In this document: positions 1 to 11,781 of the stretch, one piece after another | How positions within the stretch are numbered: position 1 is the stretch's first letter | Layout of the letters: every line of letters starts with the position of its first letter | Origin: an uncultured Acidobacteriota bacterium | GTDB taxonomy: Bacteria; Acidobacteriota; Thermoanaerobaculia; Multivoradales; DATKCC01 | DNA: 64,000 nucleotides | Direction of reading: 5' to 3' | NCBI GenBank assembly: GCA_963741925.1 | Contig: CAVUJU010000005.1 | Location: 2,472,534-2,536,533, forward strand | Translations under genes and position numbers: made by a program | Notes under the pieces: model-generated | Seen by the model: only the letters and a program-made list of their open reading frames with translations | Told to the model about the DNA's origin: nothing | Databases searched by the model: none

Positions 1-2
1 AG

Positions 3-86
3 GCCGGCACGGAAGACCTGCGCCTGGCCATGATCCACTACCGGACACTCTTCGGGGAGTTGGTCGGAGAGCGAAACGCCGCCTGA
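3..86 (+). CDS. 3' end of a hypothetical protein entering from the left edge
   Basis: Open frame AGTEDLRLAMIHYRTLFGELVGERNAA ending in TGA at 84-86, with GC-rich third positions. Confidence 0.55.
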   Translation, partial: AGTEDLRLAMIHYRTLFGELVGERNAA

Positions 87-151
87 CGCAGGCCCGTGCC
101 GAGGTCCGTGCGCTTCTCGATGAGAGCACCGGGCTCGCTCGGAAGTCGTGA

Positions 152-188
152 TTGCATCAGGGCATCATTGTGGCTATTCTCTGATGCA
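152..188 (+). promoter_or_regulatory. sigma70-like vapBC promoter with overlapping inverted-repeat operator; probably leaderless
   Basis: TTGCAT(152-157)-17 bp-TATTCT(175-180), ATG at 188; inverted repeat TGCATCAG(153-160)/CTGATGCA(181-188). Confidence 0.65.
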
Positions 189-436
189 TGAGGACCACCG
201 TGACGCTCGACGATGACGTCGTCGCTCTGCTGGAGCAGCTTCGCAAGGAGAAGGACTACCGGTTCAAGGAGGCGGTGAATCTCGCCCTGCGCGAAGGGCT
301 CACACGCCTCCAGTCTCTGCGCGAGCCTCGCCGTTCCTACCGGACTCCGTCCGTCGATCTCGGGGCTGCGCGGTTTCCCGGCCTCGACGGCATCAGCGAG
401 GTGCTCGCGGTCGCCGAGGGCGAGGGATTCCATTGA
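188..436 (+). CDS. vapB: VapB-type ribbon-helix-helix antitoxin
   Basis: MRTTVTLDDDV RHH N-terminus, 82 aa, overlaps the PIN toxin start. Confidence 0.85.
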   Translation: MRTTVTLDDDVVALLEQLRKEKDYRFKEAVNLALREGLTRLQSLREPRRSYRTPSVDLGAARFPGLDGISEVLAVAEGEGFH

Positions 437-864
437 TCCTGGTCGACGCCAACCTGCTGCTCTACGCTCACATCCGCGGCTTCCCCGAGCATGAAGCCGC
501 TCGCAGTTGGTTGGACGGCCGGCTGAACGACGGACCCCGGGTTGGCCTTCCTTGGCCTTCTCTGCTCGCCTTTGTGCGCATCGCCTCGAACCCGCGGATT
601 TTCGAGAAACCGCTGAGCGTCGGGCGCGCCTGGGAGCAGGTCACGTCCTGGCTTGCCTTGGAGCCGGTGTGGATCCCGCTGCCGACGATCAAGCACGACC
701 AGGTGCTCGGCAAGCTTCTCGGCGGAGCCACTTTCGGCGCCAATCTGGTCCCTGACGCTCACCTCGCCGCGCTGGCCATCGAGCATGGCCTGACCCTATG
801 CAGCACCGACGGCGACTTTGCCCGGTCTTCCGGGCTGGCCTGGTCCAACCCACTGAGAGCGTAG
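433..864 (+). CDS. vapC: VapC PIN-domain ribonuclease toxin
   Basis: ILVDANLLLYA, DAHLAALAIEHG and STDGDF PIN motifs. Confidence 0.9.
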   Translation: MILVDANLLLYAHIRGFPEHEAARSWLDGRLNDGPRVGLPWPSLLAFVRIASNPRIFEKPLSVGRAWEQVTSWLALEPVWIPLPTIKHDQVLGKLLGGATFGANLVPDAHLAALAIEHGLTLCSTDGDFARSSGLAWSNPLRA

Positions 865-917
865 AGAAGGTCAGCCTTCAAGCCTCAGCGTGGTCACCGT
901 GGGGGCCGCTAGCTCCG

Positions 918-1050
918 CTAGTGGTCCGTCAACCTTCATTTGACAGAGGTATCCGGCGAGGATTTCGCGTCGCTGGCCAGGCGCTCCGACGCAGGCGTAG
1001 CGGGGCCCTACGTCGAGGAGGAGCAAAGCCGCCAGCGGCGGGAAGGACCG
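918..1050 (-). repeat. Truncated copy of the 160-bp MITE-like element (family C)
   Basis: CTAG+TGGTCCGTCAACCTTCATTTGAC and the following ~105 bp match the reverse complement of 36090-36222; second TIR absent. Confidence 0.8.
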
Positions 1051-1124
1051 CGCTGAGAGCGCCTTCGGTCGCGCCTTCGCCTTCATCGGTGCCGCGAGGC
1101 CGTGCGGACGAGTCGGGCAGCCCC

Positions 1125-1198
1125 GTGGTTTCTACCTAGCCACGGTCCCCTCCCGGGTGGTAAGTACTCTTCCGCTCGAGACAGCCGTCGTCTACTCT
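1125..1198 (+). promoter_or_regulatory. Shared-motif promoter 1, upstream of the PAS kinase
   Basis: GTGGTTTCTACC(1125-1136), GGTGGTAAGTACTC, TTCCGC(1170-1175)-17 bp-TACTCT(1193-1198). Confidence 0.55.
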
Positions 1199-1479
1199 GG
1201 ACTGGAGCCCGCGAGAGGTCGGCCTGCCATGAGGCCGATCGAGCTCGTCGCATCGACTCCGTGTCGGAAGCCCCAACCAGCCGAGTCCCAACAAGGCCGG
1301 TGTCGCGGCGGGCGGGGGCAACGTCGACGTGAAGGCCGCGGGGCTGGTGCGGGCAGGGGGGAAGGCCCGGGCCGGGCCATGCCGCATGGCGCCGGAGCGC
1401 CGAGCTGTTCTCGGGGCGGCGGCTGCCAGGCGGCAGGAAGGAGGCTCGACGCGTGTCGATAGCAACCGAACGCGGTGAG

Positions 1480-3796
1480 ATGACACCGCAGCCCAAGCCC
1501 TCGGTCCCGGGACAGGCTTGCGAGGCTGACCGTTCGCCGGGGCGACGCGAGCGGTATCTCCAGAAACTGATCGAGGGCGGATCCGACGTGTTTCTCGTGC
1601 TCGACCGCGAGGGGACCGTCCGCTTTCGCGGCTCGGGTGGCAAGCGCCTCACCGGTTGGGACGACGACGAGGTGGTCGCCCGGTCGCTGGCCGGCTTCCT
1701 GGCGCCGGATTGCCTGGTTGCCGCCAGGGAAGCACTCGATGAAATGTTGAGCCACCCGGACCGGGCCGTTCGGGCCGAGCTGCGCGTGAGACACAAAGAC
1801 GGCTCGTACGTGGACATGGAAGTTCGGGGAAGGAACCTGCTCGACGATCCGGACGTCGAGGGCGTCGTCGTCGCAGCTCACGACATCACCGAGCGGAAGC
1901 GCACGGAGGCGGCGCTCAGGGACTCCGAGGCGCGCTATCGGCGGCTCTTCGAGGCCGCCCAGGACGGCGTGCTCCTCGTCGACTCGGCGACCGCCGAGGT
2001 CTTCGACGTCAACCCGTTCCTGTGCGGTCTGTTGGGCATGTCGCGCGACCAGATCATGGGCCAGAAGATCTGGGAAGCTCGGCCCCTTCCGAGACGTGCC
2101 GGACTCCAAAGTCAACTTCCGGCAGTTGCAGCGCCTACAGTACATTCGCTACGAGGACCTGCCGCTCGAGACCTTCGATGGCCGCGAGATCGCCGTGGAG
2201 CTCGTCAGCAACGTGTACCAGGTGGGCGCCGAAGAGGTCATCCAGTGCAACATCCGCGACATCACGGAGCGCAAGAGGAGCTCCGAGGAGAACGCTCGAC
2301 TGATCCGGGCGATCGAACAGACCAGCGAGTCGATCGTCATGACCGACACCGAAGGCACCATCGTCTACGTGAACCCGGCCTTCGAGAGCGTCTCGGGCTG
2401 GACGCGCGAGGAGGCCCTGGGGCAGAACCCGCGGATTCTCAAGAGCGGCCGGCAGGACGACGCGTTCTATCGCAGGATGTGGGAGACCCTCGCTCGTGGG
2501 GCGGTCTGGACGGGTCGCCTGGTGAACCGCCGCAAGGACGGGACGGACTACGAGGAATCCGCGACCATCTCGCCGATACGCGACGCCGCCGGACAGATCG
2601 TCAACTACGTGGCGGCGCAGCGCGACGTCACCGTCGAGAGCGCGCTCGAGGAGCAGCTCCACCAGGCGCAGAAGATGGATACCGTCGGACGCCTCGCCGC
2701 CGGCGTCGCGCACGACTTCAACAACCTCCTGGGAGTCATTCTGGGCTACGGCGAGCTGGTGCGAGACGGCCTCTCGGCCGACGATCCGCTGCGTGAGGAC
2801 GTGGCGCATGTTCTCAAGGCCGCGGAGCGCGCGGCGCTCTCGACGCGGCAGCTTCTCGCTCTGGGCCGTATGCAGCCTCGTCAAGTCAGGATTCTCGACC
2901 TGAACACCGTGATCTCCGAGTCGACGAAGATCCTGTCGCGGCTGGTCGGCGAGAAGACCGAGCTCGAGATTCGGCTCCAACCGGCGCTGGGCAGCGTACA
3001 GGCGGACGCCGGCCAGATCGAGCAGGTCCTGCTGAACCTCGTCCTCAACGCCCGCGACGCCCTGCCGGAAGGCGGGCGAATCATCATCGAAACCCGCCGT
3101 GAAGAGCTGGATGGCGACGGCGCTTCGACCCAGGTGCTGATCCCGCCCGGTTCCTACGTCCTGCTGACGGTGACCGATACCGGCTCGGGAATGGACGCGG
3201 CGACCCAGGCCAAGATCTTCGAGCCTTTCTTCACCACCAAAGAGACCGGCAAGGGCACCGGGCTGGGCCTCTCGGTCGTCTACGGCATCGTGCATCAGAG
3301 TGGCGGCGAGATCGCGGTCCACAGCGAAGTCGGCGCCGGGACGACGTTCACGGTCTACCTCCCTCGCCTCGAGGACCCGGTCCTCGCGCCTGGAGACAGG
3401 GCGGAGCCGAGTCCGCAGGCGCACGGAGCCGAAACGGTTCTGCTGGTCGACGACGAAGCGTCGCTGCGCGAGCTGATCCGGAGGGTCCTGGAGGGCAACG
3501 GCTACTCGGTGCTCGTCGCCCGAGACGGGGAAGAAGCCGTGCGGCTCTCCAAGGCGCACGCCGGGGCCATCGACGTCTTGGTGACCGACGTGATCATGCC
3601 GGGAGTGAACGGCACCAAGCTCGCGGAGATCCTCGCCGCGGACCGCCCGGGGATGAAGGTCCTCTATGTCTCGGGCTACAGAGAAGAATCGATCGTGCGA
3701 CAAGGCCTCTTGGGGTCGGGCACGTCGTTCCTCAGCAAGCCGTTCGGGCTCGCTCTCCTGCTTCGTCAGGTCCGAGAGCTGCTGGACGAACGCTGA
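1480..3796 (+). CDS. Hybrid sensor histidine kinase (3 PAS, HisKA, HATPase, receiver), frameshifted at about 2076
   Basis: PAS domains in ORF 1453-2796 continue in ORF 2096-3796 (HDFNNLL, GTGLGL, LLVDDE, TDVIMP). Removing one base in TGGGAAGCTC restores IWELGPFRDVPDSK. Confidence 0.85.
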
Positions 3797-3865
3797 GGAG
3801 GGCTCCTTGGAGTCGTCGGCGAGGATCACTCGCTTGGAGATGCGCTCCTCGAAGGACCGTATTTC

Positions 3866-5071
3866 GTGAAGTCGCCCCGCCCACGCATTCTGACGATCAA
3901 CGGCGGATCGTCGAGCATCCGGTTCGCGCTCTACCACGTGGGCGAAGAGCTGGAGCGAGGGCTCCATGGAAAGATCGACCGCATCGGCTCGAGCGGGACG
4001 TGTCTGACGATCGACGACCCGACCGGGCGCTCACCCGACCGCCGCAGCCTCGCCGCCTCCGATCACGGGTCGGCGGCGAGCTTCCTGCTCGACTGGCTCG
4101 AAGAGCAGGATGGGCTCGCGCGGGTTCGCGCCGTGGGACATCGCGTGGTCCACGGGATGCGACACACCGCGCCCGCATGGGTCACCCGCGAGCTGCTGGA
4201 CGAGCTGCATCGCATCAGCCCGTACGATCCGGAGCATCTGCCGGGCGAGATCGAGCTGATCGAGGCCTTCCGCACGCGTCATCCGAAGCTTCCCCAGGTG
4301 GCCTGTTTCGACACCGCCTTTCACCGCACCATGCCACGAGTCGCCAAGCTGCTCGCCATCCCGCGGCGCTACGAGGCGCAGGGAATCCAGCGCTACGGCT
4401 TCCACGGCTTGTCCTACGCCTATCTGATGGGAGAGCTCGCCCGCCTCGGCGACCCGGCCGCGGCGACCGGGCGCGTGATCCTCGCCCATCTCGGAAACGG
4501 CGCGAGCCTGGCCGCCGTGCGCGACGGTGAGAGCGTCGACACCAGCATGGGCTTCACTCCGACGTCGGGCCTGGTGATGAGCACCCGCTCGGGCGATCTG
4601 GATCCCGGCCTGGCGCCGTATCTCGCGAGAACCGCTGAGATGTCCACGCGACAGTTCTACGCCATGGTCAACCACGAGTCCGGGCTGCTCGGGATCTCCG
4701 AGACCAGCTCCGACATGCGCGATCTGCTGGAGCGCGAAGCGCGGGACGTGCGGGCGGCCGAGGCCGTGGCGCTCTTCTGTTACCAGGCGAAGAAATGGAT
4801 CGGCTCCTTCGCCGCAGCGCTCGGTGGACTGGACGCGCTCGTCTTCGCGGGCGGCATCGGCGAGCACGCGCCCCTCGTCCGCGCGCGAATCTGCGATGGG
4901 CTGGGCTGGCTGGGCATCGAGCTCGACCCGAGGCGCAACGGAAACGATGCGCCGATCATCTCGTCGGATGCCGGCCGCGTCCGGGTGCGGGTCATCCCCA
5001 CCGACGAGGAGCTCATGATCGCGAGGTCCGTCGACCACCTCCTCGCGCTCGAACCCACCCGGAAAAGGTAG
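3866..5071 (+). CDS. ackA: Acetate/propionate kinase
   Basis: INGGSSSIRF, GHRVVHG, FDTAFH, RYGFHGLSY, HLGNGAS, TRSGDLDP, PTDEE motifs. Confidence 0.95.
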   Translation: MKSPRPRILTINGGSSSIRFALYHVGEELERGLHGKIDRIGSSGTCLTIDDPTGRSPDRRSLAASDHGSAASFLLDWLEEQDGLARVRAVGHRVVHGMRHTAPAWVTRELLDELHRISPYDPEHLPGEIELIEAFRTRHPKLPQVACFDTAFHRTMPRVAKLLAIPRRYEAQGIQRYGFHGLSYAYLMGELARLGDPAAATGRVILAHLGNGASLAAVRDGESVDTSMGFTPTSGLVMSTRSGDLDPGLAPYLARTAEMSTRQFYAMVNHESGLLGISETSSDMRDLLEREARDVRAAEAVALFCYQAKKWIGSFAAALGGLDALVFAGGIGEHAPLVRARICDGLGWLGIELDPRRNGNDAPIISSDAGRVRVRVIPTDEELMIARSVDHLLALEPTRKR

Positions 5072-5074
5072 ACC

Positions 5075-7444
5075 ATGACACCCGACACCCTCGCTCCGGA
5101 GCTGCTCCGCAGGATGGACGCCTACTGGCGAGCCGCCAACTATCTGTCGGTCGGCCAGATCTACCTGCGCGACAACCCGCTGCTCGAACGGCCGCTGGCG
5201 CTCTCGGACGTCAAGCACATGCTGCTCGGACACTGGGGCACGACCCCCGGGCAGAACTTCGTCTACGTGCACTTGAACCGGGTGATCAAGAAGTACGACC
5301 TCGACATGATCTACGTCTGCGGCCCCGGCCACGGTGGCCCGGCGGTCGTGGGCAACACGTACCTCGAGGGCACGTACAGCGAGGTCTATCCGGACATCAG
5401 CCAGGACGAGGCCGGTCTCAAGAGGCTGTTCACGCAGTTCTCGTTTCCAGGGGGGATCCCCAGCCACGCCTCGCCGGAGTGCCCGGGCTCGATCCACGAG
5501 GGCGGTGAGCTCGGCTACTCGCTCAGCCATGCCTTCGGCGCGGTGTTCGACAATCCCGGCCTGGTCGTCGCCTGCGTCGTCGGCGACGGCGAAGCCGAGA
5601 CCGGACCGCTCGCCACGGCGTGGCACTCCAACAAGTTCCTCGATCCCGTGACCGACGGCGCCGTGCTGCCCATCCTGCACCTCAACGGCTACAAGATCTC
5701 CAACCCGACGCTCCTCGCCCGCATCCCCCGCGAGGAGCTGGAGGAGTTGCTCCGCGGCTACGGCTGGACGCCCTACTTCGTCGCCGGGCACGAGCCCGAG
5801 CCGATGCACCAGGCGATGGCCGCGACGCTCGATGCGGCGGTGGAGCGGATCCAGGAGATCCAGCGCACCGCCCGCCTCCACGGCGACTCCGCGCGGCCGC
5901 GCTGGCCGATGATCGTGCTCGATTCACCCAAGGGCTGGACGGGGCCCCGGGTCGTCGACGGCGTGCGGATCGAAGGCACCTTCAGGGCGCACCAGATCCC
6001 CATCGCCGTGTCGCCCGCGGCGCCTCCCGAGCATCTCCAGATGCTGGAGGACTGGCTGCGCAGCTACCGGCCGGAGGAGCTCTTCGACGAGCAGGGCCGC
6101 TTGCGACCGGAGCTGGCCGAGCTGGCGCCCACGGGCGACCGGCGCATGGGGGCCAATCCGCACGCCAACGGCGGCATGCTGCTGCGCGACCTGCGGCTGC
6201 CGAACTTCCGCGACTTCGCGGTCGACGTGCCCGCACCCGGCGTGCGCGGCATCGGCGACACCCACGTGCTCGGCCGCTTCCTGCGCGATGTGGCGAAGCT
6301 GAACCGGGAGGAGCGGAACTTCCGGGTCTTCGGTCCCGATGAGACGCTCTCCAACGGGCTCGAAGCGATCTTCGAGGCGACGCCGCGCCAATGGGACGGC
6401 GCCACCGTGCCGAACGACGAGTTTCTCGCCCCCACCGGGCGCGTGCTCGACTCGATGCTCAGCGAGCACCAATGCGAGGGCTGGCTCGAGGGCTATCTGC
6501 TCACCGGGCGGCACGGGCTGTTCAATTGCTACGAGGCGTTCATCCACGTCATCGACTCGATGTTCAACCAGCACGCCAAGTGGTTGAAGGTCACCGACCA
6601 GCTGCCGTGGCGGCGCAAGATCGCCTCGCTGAACTACCTGCTGGCCTCGCACGTCTGGCGTCAGGATCACAACGGCTTCACCCACCAGGATCCCGGCTTC
6701 ATCGACCACGTGGTGAACAAGAAGGCCGACGTCGTGCGGGTCTATCTGCCGCCGGACGCCAACTGCCTGCTGTCGGTGATCGACCACTGCCTGCGCAGCC
6801 GCCAATACGTCAACGTCGTGGTCGCGGGCAAGCACCCGGCGCCGCAGTGGCTGACGATGGAGGCCGCCGTCGAGCACTGCACCCGGGGCATCGGCATCTG
6901 GCCGTGGGCCAGCAACGACCAGGCCGCCGCCCCCGACGTGGTCATGGCCTGCTGTGGCGACGTGCCCACGCTCGAGACCCTGGCCGCCGTCTCGATCCTG
7001 CGCCAGCATCTGCCCGAGCTCAGAATCCGCGTGGTCAACGTCGTCGACCTGATGAAGCTCGAGCCGCAAAGCGAGCACCCGCACGGTCTCTCCGACACGG
7101 ACTTCGACCAGCTCTTCACCCGGGACAGGCCGGTCATCTTCGCCTTCCACGCCTACCCGTGGCTGATCCACCGGCTGACCTACCGCCGCACCAATCACGA
7201 CAACATCCACGTCCGCGGCTACAAGGAAGAGGGCACCGTCACCACGCCCTTCGACATGACGGTGCGCAACGACCTGGACCGCTTTCATCTCGTGATGGAC
7301 ACCATCGACCGCCTGCCGCAGACCGGCGACCGGGGCGTCTACCTGAAGCAGGAGCTCGAGGGCAAGCTGATCCGGCACAAGCACTACATCGCCCAGCACG
7401 GCCAGGACATGCCGGAGGTCCGGGAGTGGCAATGGAAAGGATGA
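5075..7444 (+). CDS. xfp: Phosphoketolase (xylulose-5-P/fructose-6-P)
   Basis: [55 protein letters not shown]. Confidence 0.95.
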   Translation: MTPDTLAPELLRRMDAYWRAANYLSVGQIYLRDNPLLERPLALSDVKHMLLGHWGTTPGQNFVYVHLNRVIKKYDLDMIYVCGPGHGGPAVVGNTYLEGTYSEVYPDISQDEAGLKRLFTQFSFPGGIPSHASPECPGSIHEGGELGYSLSHAFGAVFDNPGLVVACVVGDGEAETGPLATAWHSNKFLDPVTDGAVLPILHLNGYKISNPTLLARIPREELEELLRGYGWTPYFVAGHEPEPMHQAMAATLDAAVERIQEIQRTARLHGDSARPRWPMIVLDSPKGWTGPRVVDGVRIEGTFRAHQIPIAVSPAAPPEHLQMLEDWLRSYRPEELFDEQGRLRPELAELAPTGDRRMGANPHANGGMLLRDLRLPNFRDFAVDVPAPGVRGIGDTHVLGRFLRDVAKLNREERNFRVFGPDETLSNGLEAIFEATPRQWDGATVPNDEFLAPTGRVLDSMLSEHQCEGWLEGYLLTGRHGLFNCYEAFIHVIDSMFNQHAKWLKVTDQLPWRRKIASLNYLLASHVWRQDHNGFTHQDPGFIDHVVNKKADVVRVYLPPDANCLLSVIDHCLRSRQYVNVVVAGKHPAPQWLTMEAAVEHCTRGIGIWPWASNDQAAAPDVVMACCGDVPTLETLAAVSILRQHLPELRIRVVNVVDLMKLEPQSEHPHGLSDTDFDQLFTRDRPVIFAFHAYPWLIHRLTYRRTNHDNIHVRGYKEEGTVTTPFDMTVRNDLDRFHLVMDTIDRLPQTGDRGVYLKQELEGKLIRHKHYIAQHGQDMPEVREWQWKG

Positions 7445-7476
7445 ACCGGGGGCGATGCCGCAGCCCGGTGCCGGAG

Positions 7477-7544
7477 GTGGAGTTCTACTCATCTGGCCCT
7501 GAGTAGAAACTGCGCTTTTCGGGGAACGATCGAGCAACTAACCT
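7477..7544 (+). promoter_or_regulatory. Shared-motif promoter 2, upstream of the desaturase
   Basis: GTGGAGTTCTACTC-11 bp-AGTAGAAACTGCGC, TTTTCG(7516-7521)-17 bp-TAACCT(7539-7544). Confidence 0.65.
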
Positions 7545-7609
7545 GAGTAACCGAGCGGGTGCCGAGAGAGCCTCGATGCCCCGCGGCCTCTCGGGCTCCG
7601 CGACGACCC

Positions 7610-8447
7610 ATGGACAACTCGACGCTCGATCTCAAGGCCTTCCGCGCGCGGCTCTCGCCCTATGCGCACCCGAGCACGCGGAGAGCGGTGGTACAGCTCA
7701 TCGACACCGCGCTGCCGTTCGTCCTCTTCTGGGCTCTGATGGTGAAGAGCTTGTCGGTGTCGTACGCCCTCACCCTGGCCTTGTCGGTGCCGACGGGCTT
7801 CCTGTTCATCCGCCTCTTCATCCTGCAGCACGACTGCGGCCACGGCTCGTTTTTCCGTTCGCGCACCGCCAATCACGTGGTGGGATCGCTGCTCGGGATC
7901 GTGACCCTGTTCCCGTATGGGTACTGGCGCCGCACGCACGCCATCCATCACGCCACCTCCGGCAACCTCGAGCGCCGCGAGCTGGGCGACGTCAAGACCT
8001 ACACCGTGCGCGAGTACAGGGCCTTCTCCCCGATCCACCGGTGGCTCTATGCCCTCTACCGCCATCCACTCGTGCTCCTCGGTTTCGGTCCGGCCTATCA
8101 GTTCGTCCTCAAGCACCGCTTCCCGTTCGACCTGCCGTGGTCGTGGAAGCGCGAGTGGGCGAGTGTGATGTGGACCAACGCCGGCATCGCCGTCGTCTTC
8201 GGCTCGCTGTCCTGGTGGCTGGGTTGGCGCGCGGTTCTCTTCGTGCACCTGCCGGTCGTTCTGGTCGCCGGTGCCGTCGGCGTCTTCCTCTTCTACGTCC
8301 AGCACCAGTTCGAGGACACCTACTGGGAGCACGACAAGCGTTGGGACTTCTATCGAGCCGCCGTCCGAGGCAGCTCCTTTCTCGACCTGCCGCAGCCGCT
8401 CCGCTGGCTGACCGGAAACATCGGTTTCCATCACGTCCATCACCTGG
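7610..8447 (+). pseudogene. Membrane fatty acid desaturase (Des-like), 5' part, interrupted by IS21
   Basis: His boxes HDCGH, HAIHH and HHVHH; the frame is cut by the IS left end and resumes at 11782. Confidence 0.9.
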
Positions 8448-8706
8448 TGTGAGCGGCGGTCAGAAACCGCGGGCATCTGGCGGTTGAGCGCGCAAATCCC
8501 TTGAGGTGAGGCAGCATCATCGTCGCGCGCGGGGGCGGGCGAGGCAGGGTGAGGGAATCGGGGGAGAATCGGGCGAGAGGGGAAACGCGGAGGACGGATG
8601 CGTCTGGGCAAGACCCCGTCCTCCGCTCACGGCCTGGAGCTGACGCTCCAAGCAGGGCGATCATCGCCGGTTTTGGCGCGGGAGTCCAGGCCCTGGAGGT
8701 CTGGCC

Positions 8707-9189
8707 CTGCATCCCGACTGCCGGCGCTTCCTGTGCGACCTGTGTGGCAAGGCGGTGTACGTGTGCTCCTGGTGTGATCGGGGGCATCGCTACTGCGGAC
8801 GAGCGTGCCGGCGGGCCGCCCGGCGACGGAGCCTGCGGGAGGCGGGGAAGCGCTTCCAGCAGACGCGCCGGGGGCGCCGGCGGCACGCGGCGCGCCAGGC
8901 CGCCTACCGGCTGCGCCAGGCCCTAGCGGCGAAGAAAGTGACGCATCAGGGTTGCCCACCGGCCTGGAGCGCTGGCAGCGTGGCGGCATGCGAGACCATC
9001 CTGATTCGCCCGCCGTCCGCTGTCGCCGACCGCCCCCTGGTGGTGGCCTCGGTCCCCTGTACCTTCTGTCGCCACCCGTGCCGGCCGGTGATCCGGCACG
9101 ACTTCCTGCGCTGCCGGCGCCGCAGAGGGAGGTCTGGTCGTGATCCCTCCCGATCTCGAAGCCGAGATTCGGCGCCTGGCTACGGTTGA
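8707..9189 (+). CDS. Cys-rich putative zinc-binding accessory protein of the IS21 element
   Basis: FLCDLC, VCSWCDRGHRYCGRAC and CTFC motifs; frame open upstream of GTG 8755 to a CTG at 8707 preceded by GGAGG; start uncertain. Confidence 0.65.
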   Translation: MHPDCRRFLCDLCGKAVYVCSWCDRGHRYCGRACRRAARRRSLREAGKRFQQTRRGRRRHAARQAAYRLRQALAAKKVTHQGCPPAWSAGSVAACETILIRPPSAVADRPLVVASVPCTFCRHPCRPVIRHDFLRCRRRRGRSGRDPSRSRSRDSAPGYG

Positions 9190-10639
9190 GGGCTGGCGGC
9201 GGGGCACGATCGCCCGCCATCTCGGCGTGCACCACGGCACGGTAGCCCGGGCGCTTACGCGCGCCGGCGCCGCGGAGGCTCCGGGGCCGCCCCCGAAGCG
9301 TCGGCCCTCGGCTCTCGACCCCTTCGTGCCCTGGTTGCGGGGGGTGCTCGAGCGCTACCCGGCGCTCGCGGCGAGCCAGCTTTACGAGATGGCCCGCGAG
9401 CGCGGTTACCGGGGCGGGCCGGACCACTTCCGCCATCGCATCGCCGAGCTCGGGCTTCGGCCTCGGCGGGCGCCGGAGGCCTTCTTGCGCCTGCGCACCT
9501 TGCCCGGCGAGCAGGCCCAGGTCGACTGGGCGGACTTCGGCCGGCGCGAGGTCCCCGGCGGCCACCGGCGCCTGTTCGCCTTCGTCATGGTGCTGTCGTT
9601 CTCCCGCATGCTCTTCGTACGGTTCTTCTATGACGCCCGGCTGCCGAGCTTCCTGGCCGGCCACGTCGAGGCCTTCCGCTTCTATGGCGGCGGAGCCCGC
9701 CTCTTGCTCTACGACAACCTGAAAAGCGCCGTGCTCGAGCGCGTGGGCCAAGGGATCCGCTTCCATCCCCGCCTGCTCGAGCTGGCCGACGCCTATGGCT
9801 ACGAGCCCCGGCCCGTGGCCCCGCGGCGGGGCAACGAGAAGGGCCGGGTCGAGCGGGCCATCCGCTACCTGCGCGGTGCCTTCTTCCCCCTGCGTCAGCA
9901 CCTGGAGCTCACGGCCCTCAACGCCGAGGCCGAGCGATGGTGCCGCACCACCGCCGCCACCCGTCCCTGGCCCGAGGACCGCAGGAGAACCGTCGAGCAG
10001 GCGTTCCACCAGGAGCGCCCGGCGCTCCTCGCCCTGCCCTCGGCCCCGTTTCCCGTGCACGAGCTCGTCGCGGTCCAGGTCCGCCGCACCCCCTACGTCG
10101 CCTTCGACGCCAACCGGTACTCGGTGCCCCACGACCGGATCGCCCGCACTCTGACCCTCACCGCCGACCTCGACGAGGTCCGCCTCTTCGACCGCCAGGA
10201 GCTCATCGCTACCCATCCTCGCTCGTGGGACAAGGGTCAGGTCGTCGAGGATCCGGCGCACCTCGACGAGCTCTGGCGCGCCAAGCGCAAGGCCCGCCTC
10301 CACCGGGGCCAGGACCGGCTGCTCCGGGCCGTCCCCCACGCCGAGGCGCTGCTCGTCGCTCTCGGCCAGCGCCAGCGCCACCTGGGCAGTGCCGTCGACC
10401 GCCTCCTGGGCCTCCTCGACGAGCACGGCCAGACCGAGCTCACCGTCGCCGTCACCGAGGCCCTGGCCGCCGGCACGCCCCACCCCGAGGCGGTCCGCCT
10501 CATCCTCGACCGCCGTCGCCACGCCCGCCGGCAGGCGCCCCCATTGCCCGTCGCCCTGCCCGACGACCCGCGGGTGCGCGACCTCGTCGTGCGCCCCCAC
10601 GACCTCGCCGACTACGACCCGGAGGACTCCGATGACTGA
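9140..10639 (+). CDS. istA: IS21 transposase
   Basis: N-terminal [35 protein letters not shown] and NRYSVP motifs. Confidence 0.95.
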   Translation: MIPPDLEAEIRRLATVEGWRRGTIARHLGVHHGTVARALTRAGAAEAPGPPPKRRPSALDPFVPWLRGVLERYPALAASQLYEMARERGYRGGPDHFRHRIAELGLRPRRAPEAFLRLRTLPGEQAQVDWADFGRREVPGGHRRLFAFVMVLSFSRMLFVRFFYDARLPSFLAGHVEAFRFYGGGARLLLYDNLKSAVLERVGQGIRFHPRLLELADAYGYEPRPVAPRRGNEKGRVERAIRYLRGAFFPLRQHLELTALNAEAERWCRTTAATRPWPEDRRRTVEQAFHQERPALLALPSAPFPVHELVAVQVRRTPYVAFDANRYSVPHDRIARTLTLTADLDEVRLFDRQELIATHPRSWDKGQVVEDPAHLDELWRAKRKARLHRGQDRLLRAVPHAEALLVALGQRQRHLGSAVDRLLGLLDEHGQTELTVAVTEALAAGTPHPEAVRLILDRRRHARRQAPPLPVALPDDPRVRDLVVRPHDLADYDPEDSDD

Positions 10640-11387
10640 CCTCGAACAGCAACTCCAAGCCCTGAAGCTCCCCGGCCTGCTCGCCCACCTCGACGAGATC
10701 CGCACCGAGCCCTGGCTTCCACGGCTCGTCGCCTGGGAGGAGGAGGAACGCGCCCGCCGCGGGCTCGAGCGACGCCTGCGCCAGGCCCGCCTCGGGGGCT
10801 TCAAGCCCCTGGCCGACTTCGACTGGTCCTGGCCCAAGAAGATCGATCGCGACCAGATCGAGGACCTCTTCCGCCTCGACTGGCTCGCCTCCGCCACCAA
10901 CGTCATCCTCGTCGGCCCCAACGGCGTCGGCAAGACCCTCATCGCCAAGAACCTCGCCCACCAGGCCGTCCTCGCCGGCGCCTCCGTGCTCAGCCTCACC
11001 GCCTCCGCGCTCCTCAACTCCCTCGCCGAACAGGCCACCTCCTACAGCCTCCAGAGAAAGCTTGGCCTCTTGTCCCGACCCCAGCTCTTGCACGTCGATG
11101 AGCTCGGATATTTGAGCTACGACACCCGCCACGCCGACCTGCTCTTCGAGGTCGTCTCCCGACGCTACCTCCAGCGGCCGATCCTGCTGACCACCAACAA
11201 GCCCTTTGCCGAGTGGAACGAGGTCTTCCCCAACGCAAGCTCCGTCGTCACCCTCGTCGACCGACTCGTCCACCGCTCCGAGCTCGTCGCCATCGACGGC
11301 GACTCCTACCGCCTCAAGGAGTCCAAGGAGCTCGCCCGACGACGCGCCCACGAGCGCGCCGAACGCCGCAAGAAGCCCAACCGATGA
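10632..11387 (+). CDS. istB: IS21 helper AAA+ ATPase
   Basis: GPNGVGKT Walker A, VDELGY Walker [20 protein letters not shown]. Confidence 0.95.
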   Translation: MTDLEQQLQALKLPGLLAHLDEIRTEPWLPRLVAWEEEERARRGLERRLRQARLGGFKPLADFDWSWPKKIDRDQIEDLFRLDWLASATNVILVGPNGVGKTLIAKNLAHQAVLAGASVLSLTASALLNSLAEQATSYSLQRKLGLLSRPQLLHVDELGYLSYDTRHADLLFEVVSRRYLQRPILLTTNKPFAEWNEVFPNASSVVTLVDRLVHRSELVAIDGDSYRLKESKELARRRAHERAERRKKPNR

Positions 11388-11779
11388 GCGACCGCTCCGT
11401 CTACCTCGCCGCCGCCATCCGGCTCTATCTCGACCTGCCCGGCGCACCCCCCCGCGCCTCCCGCGCCGACTGGGCCGTCGCCGCCAACCTCTTCGCTCGC
11501 GCCGCCCCCTTGGGCACCCTCGCCCACGTCCTGCGCCTCGCCACCCTGAGGCGCCACCTCCGAGCTCCGGACTCCCCCCTCGAGCCCATCCACTCCCTCG
11601 CCTACTACCGGCGCGTACTCGACCACCTCACCCCCGACGCCCTCGACCCCGGATACATCCACTACATCGCACAGACCTATCAGCGCCTCTTCGGCTCCGG
11701 TACCGCCTCAGCCCGTCGCTCGCATGACCGGGCCGCGCTTTCTCACCGCCAGAATCCCGCGCTTTCCGACCGCCGCTAA
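11384..11779 (+). CDS. Hypothetical accessory protein inside IS21, downstream of istB
   Basis: ATGA overlap with the istB stop; 131 aa [20 protein letters not shown]...[10 protein letters not shown]; same C-rich codon style as istAB. Confidence 0.65.
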   Translation: MSDRSVYLAAAIRLYLDLPGAPPRASRADWAVAANLFARAAPLGTLAHVLRLATLRRHLRAPDSPLEPIHSLAYYRRVLDHLTPDALDPGYIHYIAQTYQRLFGSGTASARRSHDRAALSHRQNPALSDRR

Positions 11780-11781
11780 CA

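Larger units (their letters stand above)
8448..11781 (+). mobile_element. IS21-family insertion sequence, 3334 bp, with two accessory ORFs
   Basis: IRL TGTGAGCGGCGGTCAGAAACCGCGGG and IRR (reverse complement) TGTTAGCGGCGGTCGGAAAGCGCGGG; TG...CA ends; direct repeat CCTGG at 8443-8447 and 11782-11786; istA/istB inside. Confidence 0.95.

Noticed and set aside
1205-1479. Possible small gene or riboswitch in the long leader before the PAS kinase
   Set aside because: The ORFs here lack convincing composition or RBS and I could not recognise an RNA motif; an Rfam search is needed
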